A stretch of 32,093 bases of DNA from Candidatus Desantisbacteria bacterium (GCA_043806395.1 JAZDHC010000143.1:1-32093); one strand, 5' to 3'; counted from the stretch's first letter, positions 1-10,054 are shown. The notes: a model not told the origin generated them from the letters alone. Translations and numbers: made by a program.

Positions 1-137
1 GCCTCTAAAAACTCAATCAAGTCGATGATGGCAAGGCGCAAAGATGCGAAAAAGCGCAGTTTACAAGTGGTAAATGAGCATTTTGAGCAGCTTTGCAACG
101 CTGCCAGCGCGGCTTTAGTGGGTTTTTAGAGGTGCCC
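1..137. mobile_element. MITE-like palindromic element, ~140 bp (left end cut by window edge)
   Basis: Near-identical to 23253-23392; right terminal repeat TTTTTAGAGGTGCCC is complementary to the left GCCTCTAAAAA; no ORF. Confidence 0.85.
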
Positions 138-153
138 TAAACAGGAGGAACGA

Positions 154-1125
154 ATGCTGAATGAAAAGATGACCAATATAGGGCAGATTGCTCTAAATGG
201 AAAGGATATTACGGATAAGGAAGCATTGTTTTTAGTCAAGGCACCACTTTATGAGCTTCTTTTTTGGGCAAATGCCGTGCGAACCAAATTCAAAAAGGAT
301 AAAATAGATACATGTGCAATAATTAATGCCAAGAGTGGCAAGTGTTCGGAGGATTGTAAATTTTGTGCCCAATCCTCTCATTATTCAACTGTTGTTCAAA
401 GCTATCCCCTTGTTGAAGAGGAAAGGATATTAGAGACTGGACATTATGCTGGTAAGGTTAAGGCTAAAAGGTTTGGGATAGTAGTCAGTGGACGAAGGCT
501 TTTGGATGAAGAGATAGATAAGATTTGCAGAGCCATTAAGCGGTTAAATCGGGTGAGTACTGTCCTCCCCTGTGCATCTCTGGGCAAATTAACCATAGAC
601 TATGCAGAGAGGCTTAAGGAAGCAGGTCTAAATCGTTACCATCATAACCTTGAAACCTCAGAAAGATTCTTCCCCAATATTTGTACTACCCATAGTTATC
701 AAGAACGAATAAGCACAATAAAAATTGCTAAGGATGCAGGGTTTGAGGTCTGTTCAGGCGGGATATTTGGACTTGGAGAGACATGGGATGACAGGGTACA
801 ATTAGCCATAGCATTAAGAGAATTGGGTGTTACCTCTATTCCATTGAATTTCCTGAACCCTATTCAAGGCACCCCTTTGGGTGAAAATAAACTTCTCTCG
901 CCTCTTGAAGCCTTGAGAATAATCGCTATCTTTCGGCTTATTCATCCAAAACAAGAGATACGGATAGGTGGGGGACGGGAAATAGTTTTAAGAGATATTC
1001 AAAGCTGGATTTATTATGCTGGAGCCAGTGGCATAATGATTGGAAATTATCTGACTACCCCTGGAAGAGCACCAGAGGAGAATTTGCAGATTATAAAAGA
1101 CCTTGAGCTAACCATAGATGAGTAA
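154..1125 (+). CDS. bioB: Biotin synthase (radical SAM)
   Basis: INAKSGKCSEDCKFCAQS (CxxxCxxC), YHHNLETS, CSGGIFGLGE, GNYLTT motifs; AGGAGG RBS at 143-148. Confidence 0.96.
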   Translation: MLNEKMTNIGQIALNGKDITDKEALFLVKAPLYELLFWANAVRTKFKKDKIDTCAIINAKSGKCSEDCKFCAQSSHYSTVVQSYPLVEEERILETGHYAGKVKAKRFGIVVSGRRLLDEEIDKICRAIKRLNRVSTVLPCASLGKLTIDYAERLKEAGLNRYHHNLETSERFFPNICTTHSYQERISTIKIAKDAGFEVCSGGIFGLGETWDDRVQLAIALRELGVTSIPLNFLNPIQGTPLGENKLLSPLEALRIIAIFRLIHPKQEIRIGGGREIVLRDIQSWIYYAGASGIMIGNYLTTPGRAPEENLQIIKDLELTIDE

Positions 1126-1858
1126 CATAGTAATTATTACCGGAGCATCAAGGGGACTGGGGGCAATGCTTGCCAAATACTTTAGTGATGCTCAGTTTTC
1201 TGTGGTAGTTAACTACAATAAAAATAGGACAAAAGCAGAAGAAATAGCTAAAGAGTTAAGGGAAAATGGCAGGGATGCAAAGGCAATACAAGCTGATGTG
1301 TCAAAGCCATGCGAAGTAAACACCATGGTAGATATGGTGTTAGCCTCATGGGGCAGGATAGATGTACTGATAAATAACGCTGGTGTGATCAATGATAACC
1401 TGCTAATTAAAACCTCAGATGAGTCGTGGCAAGAGATAATAACGAATAATCTGTCTGGTACCTTCATATGTATGCGGGCTGTAGCCGAGGTAATGGCAAA
1501 ACAGCATAATGGGCATATCATCAATATTGCATCAATTTCTGGGATACGAGGACAAAAAGGTCAGTCAGCCTATGCAGCATCAAAGGCAGGCATACTGGGG
1601 CTAACAATGTCCGCCGCTAAAGAACTTGGAGAATATAATATCAGGGTAAATGCTGTTCTGCCCGGCTATCTTTTGACTGATATGGGGGCATCTACGGTCA
1701 GGGCAAGGGATAAGGCAGCGGAAATGAGTGTTTTGCACAAGCTTTCGGATATGGATGAAACCGCTTCTTTTATTGTCAAAATTGCACAGATGACTGGTGT
1801 TTCCGGGCAGGTGTTTAGTTTGGATAGCAGGATTGGCAACGGAGGATGGATTTTTTAA
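1118..1858 (+). CDS. fabG: Short-chain dehydrogenase, 3-oxoacyl-ACP reductase (FabG)-like
   Basis: TGASRGLG Rossmann motif, NNAG, catalytic YAASK, NAVLPG; overlaps the bioB stop. Confidence 0.8.
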   Translation: MSNIVIITGASRGLGAMLAKYFSDAQFSVVVNYNKNRTKAEEIAKELRENGRDAKAIQADVSKPCEVNTMVDMVLASWGRIDVLINNAGVINDNLLIKTSDESWQEIITNNLSGTFICMRAVAEVMAKQHNGHIINIASISGIRGQKGQSAYAASKAGILGLTMSAAKELGEYNIRVNAVLPGYLLTDMGASTVRARDKAAEMSVLHKLSDMDETASFIVKIAQMTGVSGQVFSLDSRIGNGGWIF

Positions 1859-1881
1859 TCCGTTAATGGTGTAACTGTTTC

Positions 1882-3309
1882 TTATAAGTTAACACAACCT
1901 ATCCCCTTAGCTGACTCCAAGGCAAAAGAAATGAACGATTGTGGCAGGATGCCTATGAGGAAAAGTCCAAGCATAATGAGGATAAGTACTGTTCTTAACA
2001 AAAATGGGGTAGGAATAATAGACTCATCCTTTACTTCCCCAAAGTACATGGATTTAAGGATGCGGAAGTAGTAATAAACCGAGATTGTACTAAAGATAAA
2101 ACCAATTGCTGCCAGATAGATATATCCGCTATGTATTGCATAAGCAAACAGATAAAACTTACCCATAAACCCGGCTAAGGGTGGCAATCCAGCAAGTGAA
2201 GCCAGACAGATAAGCATACACATACATAAAAATGGTGATCGTTGGTACATTCCAGTATACCCATCAATCTCGTCAGTATTTATCTTGTTAGAAATAATGG
2301 CTATAACCATGAATATTCCAAGTGTGGCTAAAGCATAAACAAGCAGGTAAAACATTACTGCTGACAGCCCATTTGTAGTGCCTATTATTATGCCAATAAG
2401 CAGATACCCGGCATGCCCAATACTTGAGTAAGCCAATAGCCTCTTTATGTTTGCCTGAGGAATAGCAGAGAGATTACCAATAGCCATGGTAAGGATACAG
2501 AGAACAATCAACGCCATTGTCCACTCTTGTCTTATTCCGCCAAATCCCTCTATAAATACTCGAATAAAGACTGCAAATGAGGCTGCCTTTGAGGCTGAGG
2601 CAAGAAAGCCTGTAATTGGTGTTGGTGCTCCCTCATATGCCTCTGGTACCCAGAAATGGAATGGAATACAAGCTATCTTGAACCCAAACCCGGCCAATGT
2701 AAATGCCAGCCCCAGTAGCAAAACACATCGATTATCTCCCTTGCTCAAAAATTCCCCTATTCCCTGTATCTCTGTTGTCCCGGTTATACCATAGATTATG
2801 CCCAATCCATAAAGCAATATTGCTGAACAACATGCCCCAAACAATAGATACTTTATTCCACCCTCAATTCCTTGCTTTGTTCGAAGATATGCCACCAGCA
2901 CATACGAACCAATACTCAGCAGCTCAAGGCTTACGAACAGGCTGATGAGTTCACCTGTTGAAACCATAAACATCGTGCCCATGATAACCAGGAGTAACAC
3001 AAAGTAATACTCACCATGATGAGTCGTGCGGTCTTTAAGATAATCCATTGAGGAAAAAACAACCAATATCCCAATCCCTAAGAGAAGATACTTGAAATAT
3101 ATGGAAAATGAATCAACCACAAAGCTCCTGTTACCAAAGGCAAGCCCATGTGGTGTATTATAGACAGCAACCATCCCGGCTATTAATCCAGCAATGGCTA
3201 TCCAGCCAAGCAGCTTTTTGGCTGACTGTGGTAGGAATAAATCCATAACAAGTATAAACATGGCTGTACAACAAATTATTATTTCTGGTGTAAGTAATGT
3301 ATAATTCAA
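1882..3309 (-). CDS. nuoN: NADH-quinone oxidoreductase subunit N
   Basis: Polytopic; EGGIKY, GFGFKIACIPFHFWVPEAYEGAPT, NIKRLLAYSSIGHAGY; TTG start with GGAGG RBS. Confidence 0.95.
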   Translation of the reverse strand: MNYTLLTPEIIICCTAMFILVMDLFLPQSAKKLLGWIAIAGLIAGMVAVYNTPHGLAFGNRSFVVDSFSIYFKYLLLGIGILVVFSSMDYLKDRTTHHGEYYFVLLLVIMGTMFMVSTGELISLFVSLELLSIGSYVLVAYLRTKQGIEGGIKYLLFGACCSAILLYGLGIIYGITGTTEIQGIGEFLSKGDNRCVLLLGLAFTLAGFGFKIACIPFHFWVPEAYEGAPTPITGFLASASKAASFAVFIRVFIEGFGGIRQEWTMALIVLCILTMAIGNLSAIPQANIKRLLAYSSIGHAGYLLIGIIIGTTNGLSAVMFYLLVYALATLGIFMVIAIISNKINTDEIDGYTGMYQRSPFLCMCMLICLASLAGLPPLAGFMGKFYLFAYAIHSGYIYLAAIGFIFSTISVYYYFRILKSMYFGEVKDESIIPTPFLLRTVLILIMLGLFLIGILPQSFISFALESAKGIGCVNL

Positions 3310-3329
3310 GGTAAATCCTCCAATGACTT

Positions 3330-3385
3330 GTAGTGGAGGGCTTTAGCCCTCCATCAGAAAATGGAAGGCTGAAGCCTTCCACTAC
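3330..3385. repeat. GTAG-type REP doublet (REPIN-like)
   Basis: GTAG-TGGAGGGCTTTAGCCCTCCA-spacer-TGGAAGGCTGAAGCCTTCCA-CTAC: two hairpins in inverted orientation; related copy at 29183-29235. Confidence 0.85.
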
Positions 3386-4864
3386 TTACGGCATTATCCC
3401 CTTAACCATCTGTGTCGTAGAAACATTCATCAAATTAACCAATAGGGCAGGATAAATGCCTATCAGGATGATAATTATTAATATGGGTATAATCGCCAGA
3501 AGTTCTCTTTTATTTATATCCGTCAGATGTTCCCACTTTGGAGAAAGTCCTCTCCAGAACACCCTTTCCATCATCCACAAAAGGTAAACCGCAGTTATAA
3601 CCACACCACTTGTAGATAATATTGCCAATAGCTTAAACCCAGGTAATGTGCTCACAAATGTACCCATCAGACAGACAAACTCACCGATAAACCCGGCCAG
3701 TCCTGGCAAGCCAAGTGAGGCTAAGACTGCAAGCATCATTAGTCCTGTATATATTGGCATTTTTTGCCATAACCCGCTGAATTCATCAATATTCCTGGTA
3801 TGTGCCCGATCATAGATAACCCCAACAAGCATAAACAAGCTGCCAGTTACTGCCCCATGGGTAAACATCTGGACAACCGCCCCATTTATTCCGGTTACGG
3901 TTAAGGCACTCATAGCTATCAGGCAAAATCCCATATGGCTGATACTCGAATAGGCGATCATCTTCTTTAAGTCATTCTGAGCCATAGCTGTTAAAGCACC
4001 GTAGATAATATTGATTACACCAAGTACTGCAAATGGATAGGCAAAATATATGGCTGCCTCTGGAAATATAGGGAAACTTATCCTTAAAAATCCATAGACC
4101 CCCATCTTTAGTAATATACCAGCAAGAATAACGCTGGCTGCGGTTGGTGCTTCGGTATGTGCATCTGGAAGCCATGTATGAAATGGCCAGATAGGCACCT
4201 TAACTGCAAACCCGATAAAGAATAATAAGAACATTATATTTTGAAACTCTCTGGCAAAACTGCATGTCTTAGAAAGTTCCAGAATATCCATGGTATGTGG
4301 GTTAGAGGTGAAATAGACGCACAATATTCCAATAAGCATTATTAAACTGCCAGCCACAGTGTAAAGCACAAACTTAATAGCTGCATACCTTCTTCTTGGT
4401 CCTCCCCACACACCTATAAGGAAATACATGGGAATAAGCACAACCTCCCAGAAGATATAAAACAAGAATAGATCCATGGCAACAAAAACCCCGAGCATTC
4501 CGACCTCAAGTACCAGAAAAAGGATGAAATATTCCTTTACCCTCTTTGTTATATTGCAGGAAATAAGGACAGCTAAAAAGGTTAATAGAGCGGTCAGCAA
4601 AAAGATGGATATACTTATTCCATCAAGTCCAACGAAATAATGAATATTAAAGATTGGAATCCATAATATTTTTTCTACAAATTGCATTTGGCTAATAGCA
4701 GGATTAAAATTGGCATAGACTATTCCTGCAAGAACAAGAGGAATAAACGAAAACACCAATGCCAGTCCCTTGATAGTCTTCTCCATCTCCTTTGGCGTAC
4801 AAAGGATAAGCATTCCACCTATCAATGGTATAAATATCATCCAACTTAAAATTGGGAAATCCAT
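3386..4864 (-). CDS. nuoM: NADH-quinone oxidoreductase subunit M
   Basis: FYIFWEVVLIPMYFLIGVWGG, FAVKVPIWPFHTWLPDAHTEAP, KKMIAYSSISHMG. Confidence 0.95.
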   Translation of the reverse strand: MDFPILSWMIFIPLIGGMLILCTPKEMEKTIKGLALVFSFIPLVLAGIVYANFNPAISQMQFVEKILWIPIFNIHYFVGLDGISISIFLLTALLTFLAVLISCNITKRVKEYFILFLVLEVGMLGVFVAMDLFLFYIFWEVVLIPMYFLIGVWGGPRRRYAAIKFVLYTVAGSLIMLIGILCVYFTSNPHTMDILELSKTCSFAREFQNIMFLLFFIGFAVKVPIWPFHTWLPDAHTEAPTAASVILAGILLKMGVYGFLRISFPIFPEAAIYFAYPFAVLGVINIIYGALTAMAQNDLKKMIAYSSISHMGFCLIAMSALTVTGINGAVVQMFTHGAVTGSLFMLVGVIYDRAHTRNIDEFSGLWQKMPIYTGLMMLAVLASLGLPGLAGFIGEFVCLMGTFVSTLPGFKLLAILSTSGVVITAVYLLWMMERVFWRGLSPKWEHLTDINKRELLAIIPILIIIILIGIYPALLVNLMNVSTTQMVKGIMP

Positions 4865-4921
4865 TGTTTGCTCCTTATTATCAGATAATTTTTCACCTGT
4901 ACAACTATAAACAAGAAATTG

Positions 4922-5054
4922 TATCCACAGATTACACAGATTGCACAGATTAATAAAAAGAGTAGAGAATAGAGAGAGTATTGTTACTTTCTTTATTTTT
5001 TATTTTCTCTATTCTCTCTATATTCATCTGTGTAATCTGTGTAATCTGTGGATA
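4922..5054. repeat. Palindromic element with 9-nt tandem-repeat arms (CACAGATTA / TAATCTGTG)
   Basis: TATCCACAGATTACACAGATTGCACAGAT ... ATCTGTGTAATCTGTGTAATCTGTGGATA around an AT-rich, partly self-complementary core; lies between nuoL and nuoM. Confidence 0.85.
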
Positions 5055-5071
5055 TAATCCTATCCAACATA

Positions 5072-6940
5072 TCATCCGCCCCACATCCAGATAACCAACA
5101 AGATAATTATTCCCACCATCATTGCCAGAATATATGATTGAATCAATCCTGTTTGTACTTTTCTGACAAATGAGCCGCATCCAGCCGTAACATTTGCCAC
5201 ACCATTTACTGTTCCATCAATTACGCACCTGTCAAACTTTACGCTGAATTTTGTCAAACCCACAAATGGCTTAACAATAACAACATCATATATTTCATCA
5301 AAGTAATACTTATTAAACACCAGCTTATAAATAAATGTTTTTTTAACAAAATCAAGATTGATAACCTTTATCCCATAAACCAACCATGCCGAAAGTATCC
5401 CTATGCCAGCCATGGAGAGTGAAATAAGCATAACTAACTGATGTCCTGAATGTTCCACTCCGTGATGAGCTGCATGTCCACTATCAAAGCAGACAAAGCT
5501 TTGGAACCAGTTATTTAAGTAAGGCGAACCAATAAACCCGGCTGTTATGGCTAAAAATGCCAGTATACACATGGGTATTGTCATTACCCATGGCGACTCA
5601 TGTGGATGAGCATCATGCTTTCTCGTCTCACCACCAAAGGTAACAAAGCAAAGCCTGAACATATAAAAGGCTGTCATCAATGCCCCAATTTCACCTATAA
5701 TAAATAATAGCATATGCCCCGAGGAATAAGCAGCCATTAATACCGTTTCCTTGCTCCAGAACCCGGCAAGGGGAGGCACTCCGGCAATGGCTAAGGAACC
5801 GATAATAAATACTATAGCTGTTATCGGCATTTTTTTACCCAGACCACCCATATCCCAGATATTATTGGAATGCATAGCATGGATAACACTCCCTGCTGCT
5901 AAGAATAAGAGTGCCTTGAAAAAGGCATGGGTTGTCAAATGAAACATCCCTGCAGAAAATCCGCCAACACCTAAGGCAAGCATCATATAACCGAGTTGGC
6001 TCAGGGTTGAGTAGGCAAGTACGCGTTTAATATCATTTTGACACAAACCAATGCTTGCCGCAAACAATGCTGTAAATCCTCCTACATACCCAACTACAAG
6101 TAATGCATTTGGTCCGGCATCAAACATGGTATATGTCCTTGCTACCAAAAACACACCGGCAACAACCATTGTTGCTGCATGGATTAAGGCAGAAACAGGG
6201 GAAGGACCCTCCATAGCATCTGGAAGCCATGTATGGAATGGAAACTGTGCTGATTTCCCCATTGCCCCTATGAATATCAAGACAGCCATTAGGGTCAAAA
6301 TTTGTGGACTAATCTGTCCCTCATGAATCAACCCCTCTATACTTAAGAAGTTGAATGTGCCAGTATAAAGTCCAATACATAAAATACCAATCAAAAATCC
6401 TGCATCTGCCAATCTGGTAATAATAAATGCCTTCTTTGCTGCTGCTGCTGCCGATGGTTTGTGATGCCAGAAACCAATCAACAGGTATGAACAAAGACCA
6501 ACAAGCTCCCAGCAGGCAAAAATCGTAATAAAGTTGTTTGCCAGAACCAAGCCAAGCATGGAGAATGTAAATAACGAGATGAATGAATAATACCTTGAAA
6601 AATCAATATTCTTCTCTGATGACAAGTACCCTCTGGAATATACCTGAATCATCAGGCTTATCATGGTTACTACAACCATCATAATTGAGGATAAAGGATC
6701 TACCAGCATCCCCATCTCAATCTGAAACTCACCGCTCTCAAACCATGGAAGGCTAAATTCATAATGTCTCTGCCCACTTATTGCCAACTCTCTTAATATC
6801 CCGCAAGCCATTGAAAATGATGCCAGCATTCCGACGATAGAAAGCCATGATGAAAGGTTTTTGAACCTTTTAATGAAAAAGGTAATAATCATAAACACTA
6901 TAAACGGTATTGCTGGAATTAACCATGCATTATTTATCAT
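5072..6940 (-). CDS. nuoL: NADH-quinone oxidoreductase subunit L
   Basis: WELVGLCSYLLIGFW, GKSAQFPFHTWLPDAMEGPSPVSALIHAATMV, HAFFKALLFL; start moved to ATG 6940, which has an AAAGGAG RBS. Confidence 0.95.
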   Translation of the reverse strand: MINNAWLIPAIPFIVFMIITFFIKRFKNLSSWLSIVGMLASFSMACGILRELAISGQRHYEFSLPWFESGEFQIEMGMLVDPLSSIMMVVVTMISLMIQVYSRGYLSSEKNIDFSRYYSFISLFTFSMLGLVLANNFITIFACWELVGLCSYLLIGFWHHKPSAAAAAKKAFIITRLADAGFLIGILCIGLYTGTFNFLSIEGLIHEGQISPQILTLMAVLIFIGAMGKSAQFPFHTWLPDAMEGPSPVSALIHAATMVVAGVFLVARTYTMFDAGPNALLVVGYVGGFTALFAASIGLCQNDIKRVLAYSTLSQLGYMMLALGVGGFSAGMFHLTTHAFFKALLFLAAGSVIHAMHSNNIWDMGGLGKKMPITAIVFIIGSLAIAGVPPLAGFWSKETVLMAAYSSGHMLLFIIGEIGALMTAFYMFRLCFVTFGGETRKHDAHPHESPWVMTIPMCILAFLAITAGFIGSPYLNNWFQSFVCFDSGHAAHHGVEHSGHQLVMLISLSMAGIGILSAWLVYGIKVINLDFVKKTFIYKLVFNKYYFDEIYDVVIVKPFVGLTKFSVKFDRCVIDGTVNGVANVTAGCGSFVRKVQTGLIQSYILAMMVGIIILLVIWMWGG

Positions 6941-7007
6941 GAAACACTCCTTTGTGTCAGTTATACTCTCCAAGTTCACAATCTGTAATTTTTGTGTCTT
7001 CGTGTGA

Positions 7008-7430
7008 TTATAAGGTTATATTCCTCATAATTGCAGCCAACTTTGGCTCTTTCTCTGCAAACTCACGCAATATCCTCTCTAATCTTCCTTCTCTTTCCTC
7101 TAACATTTCCATCTTCTTCACAGCAGGAGCAAGAGCTGTCCTCCTATCCCAGAGAACAAACCCTACCAGAGCAAACATACCTGATAAGATGACATAGAGA
7201 AGATTTCGGATATCATCTATCTGCTTCTGGGAATTTTTCTGTCCTTCCTCAATTCTGGCAACCCTTACATCAATATTGTTTATTCTTATATTAATATCGT
7301 TTAGTTTTTCATCTATTCTGTCCAGCTTCTCTAAAATCTGCCTGTTGGTAATCGTCTCTTCGGAGGAACCATTACTAACCAGCCCAAGAATCAAAAGAAA
7401 CAATATCGTTACAATGCGTATTCTTTTCAT
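7008..7430 (-). CDS. Hypothetical protein: N-terminal signal/TM segment, coiled coil, second TM helix
   Basis: MKRIRIVTILFLLILGLV, heptad-patterned LEKLDRIDEKLNDINIRINNIDVRVARIEE, hydrophobic LLYVILSGMFALVGFVLW; co-oriented and fills the nuoK-nuoL gap. Confidence 0.75.
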   Translation of the reverse strand: MKRIRIVTILFLLILGLVSNGSSEETITNRQILEKLDRIDEKLNDINIRINNIDVRVARIEEGQKNSQKQIDDIRNLLYVILSGMFALVGFVLWDRRTALAPAVKKMEMLEEREGRLERILREFAEKEPKLAAIMRNITL

Positions 7431-7438
7431 AACTGCCC

Positions 7439-7744
7439 CTACCACTTCATCAAATTAATATCCTCAACATTAATACTCTTCATATGCCGATAAGCTGACA
7501 GGATAATAGCCAATGCAACAGCTACCTCTGCTGCCTCAATAGCGATAACAAACATTGTAAAGATATGTCCTGTTAACATATGGGGATACAGATACTTAGT
7601 AAATGCTACAAAATTGATATTAGCTGCATTAAGCATCAACTCAATAGATAATAATATCATCACTGCATTCCGTCTGACCAGAACACCGTAGATTCCCAGA
7701 CAGAAGAATATGGCACTTAGTATTAAATAATTCGTCAGGCACAT
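7439..7744 (-). CDS. nuoK: NADH-quinone oxidoreductase subunit K
   Basis: RRNAVMILLSIELMLNAANINFV, AAEVAVALAI; 101 aa; AGGAGG RBS. Confidence 0.95.
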   Translation of the reverse strand: MCLTNYLILSAIFFCLGIYGVLVRRNAVMILLSIELMLNAANINFVAFTKYLYPHMLTGHIFTMFVIAIEAAEVAVALAIILSAYRHMKSINVEDINLMKW

Positions 7745-7765
7745 AATTAACGCCTCCTTACATGA

Positions 7766-9874
7766 TTAATAACTACTGTTTTTCCGTATTTCTGTGGCGA
7801 ATTTCCCTTCCCCCCACAACGCCCCTGTCGGACACGCTTCCACGCACTTACCACAAGAATCACACTCGGTTTCAGCCAATGGCTTGCCAAAGGTTGGCTC
7901 AATGGTTGTCTCAAACCCGCGATTAACAAAGCCGAGGGCACCAATCCCCTTTATCTCCAGACATATCCGTACACACTTGCCACACCTGACACATTTATTT
8001 GGATCCCGCAAGATAGCTGGATTGGAGCTATCTATTCTGTAATGATGTACCTTGCCGGATTTGAACCTATCCAGATCAACACCATATTCAATCCCGTACT
8101 TTCGCAAGGAACACTTATCAATGGCATTACATCCACACTCAAGGCAGCGGTTAGCCTCGGTTATGGCATTTACTTGCTTCAGTCCAAGCTCAACCTCATC
8201 AAAGCCCTTCAGCCTTTCCGCAATCTCAAGCTCTGGCATCCTTACCCGTGCCTGTTTTTCCACGCCCTCAAATTCGACACCATCAACTTCATCAAGACTG
8301 CCCTTGCTCACATTAAATATCAATGTCTCAGGGATAATCTTAAGCCCTCCTCGCAGGTATTGAGCAATCGAGTCAGCTGCTCTCTTACCACCAGCAATTG
8401 CCTCAATCACTGTTGACGCACCGCTTACCACATCACCAGCAGCAAACACACCAGCCCTGCCAGCACCCATATTATTATCAACTACTATTGTTTTGCCCCT
8501 GCCCAGATGAATGCCCTGTTCCTCAGCCAGACACGCAACCCCTGGAAACTGACCAATGGCTGCAATCACTGTATCAACAGCTATCGTAACCTCAGAGCCT
8601 TCAATGGGTACTGGCTTTCTCCTGCCGCTTGAGTCCGGCTCACCAAGCTCCATCCTGATACACTCAATCGCCTCTACCTTGCTATTTCCAATTACCCGTA
8701 CAGGGGCAGACAGGAAGTGAAACTGAACCCCCTCATGCTCTGCCTCATTAATCTCCACCTCATTAGCCGGCATCTCAGCCCTTGAGCGACGATATATCAG
8801 CATCACCTCATCTGCACCCAGCCGCAGGGATGTTCGAGCCGCATCAATGGCTGAATTCCCACCACCAATCACAGCTACTCTGCCCTTGAGTTTGATTTCC
8901 TTATTCAACCCCATATCCCGCAGGAAATCAATCGCAGATAGAACACCCTCAATCTCATCACCATTTACACCTAAACGAGAACTTCCGTGTGCCCCAATGC
9001 CAATAAACACTGCCTCAAAGCCATCACTCATCAGGCTGTCTATGGTAAAATCATTGCCAAGGGACATGTCACATTTTATTTCAACCCCATGTTTACAAAT
9101 ACCTGCAATCTCTTTATCTAACACATCTTTAGGCAACCTGTATTCTGGTATCCCATATCTCAGCATCCCGCCCGGTTCAGGCAATGCCTCAAATATTGTA
9201 CATTCATAACCCATGCCTGCCAGATAATAGGCACAACTCAATGAGGCAGGACCTGCCCCAATCAATGCCACTTTCTTGCCATTTTTTGACTGCTGACTGT
9301 TGACTGCCGACTGCTTATCAGGGCAGACACATAGGTCTGCCCCTACTTCCCAGTCTGCCACAAACCGTTTCAAGAAGTCAATTGCCACTGGTTCATCAAC
9401 CCTATTCCGTCTACACGCCAACTCACATGGTCTCACACAAACCCTGCCGCAAACTGCTGGCAATGGGTTATTTTCCCGTATAACTCGGGCAGCCTCTTGA
9501 TATTTACCCTCAGCTATCAACCCAATATAATCCTTAACCCTCACCCCTGCCGGACAAGCCATCTGGCATGGCGGCAGGCAATCACCATAATGGTCCGAAA
9601 AAAGCAACTCCAGACACAACTTGCGAGTTTCACGGATAAGCTCGCTCATGGTGGTAATTACCATGCCATCCCGCACCATCGTTGCACATGATGGAACCAA
9701 TGGTCTTCGTTCACCCTCAACCTCTACCACACACAGAAAACATGACCCAAATGGCAAAAGCTGTTTATCATGACAAAGGGTTGGGATATCAATCCCATTC
9801 AGCCTGGCTGCCTCCAGAATTGTTGCAGACTCATCCACCATATATTCTTGTTTATCTATAATTATTTTTACCAT
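7766..9874 (-). CDS. FAD/Fe-S NAD(P)H oxidoreductase: HydA/NuoG-type Fe-S scaffold with inserted GltD/NfnB-like domain (NfnA/NsoC-like, BfuA-type)
   Basis: N-terminal [2Fe-2S] (IPTLC..GSCFLCVVE..SC); ELLFSDH followed by a GltD-like block (PPCQMACP, VCGRVC, GAGPA, GGMLRYGIPEYRLP, GGGNSAID, YRRS, FAAGD); ends with RCLECGC and two ferredoxin motifs (KCVRCGKC, CDSCGKCVEACP). No H-cluster or Mo domain. Confidence 0.85.
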   Translation of the reverse strand: MVKIIIDKQEYMVDESATILEAARLNGIDIPTLCHDKQLLPFGSCFLCVVEVEGERRPLVPSCATMVRDGMVITTMSELIRETRKLCLELLFSDHYGDCLPPCQMACPAGVRVKDYIGLIAEGKYQEAARVIRENNPLPAVCGRVCVRPCELACRRNRVDEPVAIDFLKRFVADWEVGADLCVCPDKQSAVNSQQSKNGKKVALIGAGPASLSCAYYLAGMGYECTIFEALPEPGGMLRYGIPEYRLPKDVLDKEIAGICKHGVEIKCDMSLGNDFTIDSLMSDGFEAVFIGIGAHGSSRLGVNGDEIEGVLSAIDFLRDMGLNKEIKLKGRVAVIGGGNSAIDAARTSLRLGADEVMLIYRRSRAEMPANEVEINEAEHEGVQFHFLSAPVRVIGNSKVEAIECIRMELGEPDSSGRRKPVPIEGSEVTIAVDTVIAAIGQFPGVACLAEEQGIHLGRGKTIVVDNNMGAGRAGVFAAGDVVSGASTVIEAIAGGKRAADSIAQYLRGGLKIIPETLIFNVSKGSLDEVDGVEFEGVEKQARVRMPELEIAERLKGFDEVELGLKQVNAITEANRCLECGCNAIDKCSLRKYGIEYGVDLDRFKSGKVHHYRIDSSNPAILRDPNKCVRCGKCVRICLEIKGIGALGFVNRGFETTIEPTFGKPLAETECDSCGKCVEACPTGALWGEGKFATEIRKNSSY
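9287..9346 (-). repeat. In-frame GTAG-REP plus four 7-mers inside the flavoprotein gene
   Basis: Minus strand GTAGGGGCAGACCTATGTGTCTGCCCT (hairpin GGGCAGAC/GTCTGCCC), then GCAGTCG-GCAGTCA-ACAGTCA-GCAGTCA; encodes VGADLCVCPDKQSAVNSQQS. Confidence 0.75.
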
Positions 9875-9919
9875 AAATACTGCCTTAAATTCCTTTTATT
9901 ATGTAGATGCAGGTAACCA

Positions 9920-10054
9920 CTAACCTCTTCCTTGAATTTCACTAACCCTGATACTGTTTTGTATCTTTTTCTTATGATCGGAATATAAGGCTATCCCTAC
10001 CATTATAACACCAAATATAGCAATCATACCCATACCAATTAATATACTTTCCAT
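9920..10054 (-). CDS. Small single-pass membrane protein, 44 aa (below the ORF-track cut-off)
   Basis: Manual translation MESILIGMGMIAIFGVIMVGIALYSDHKKKIQNSIRVSEIQGRG*; purine-rich GAAGAAGGGAA upstream; TM helix followed by KKK. Confidence 0.6.
   Translation of the reverse strand: MESILIGMGMIAIFGVIMVGIALYSDHKKKIQNSIRVSEIQGRG

Noticed and set aside
3158-3382. Short ORFs 3158-3382 and 4950-5180
   Set aside because: They run through REP or repeat DNA and overlap nuoN or nuoL out of frame.
7766-9874. [FeFe]-hydrogenase HydA or glutamate synthase small subunit
   Set aside because: No H-cluster motifs; no gltB nearby; the GltD-like part is only an inserted domain.
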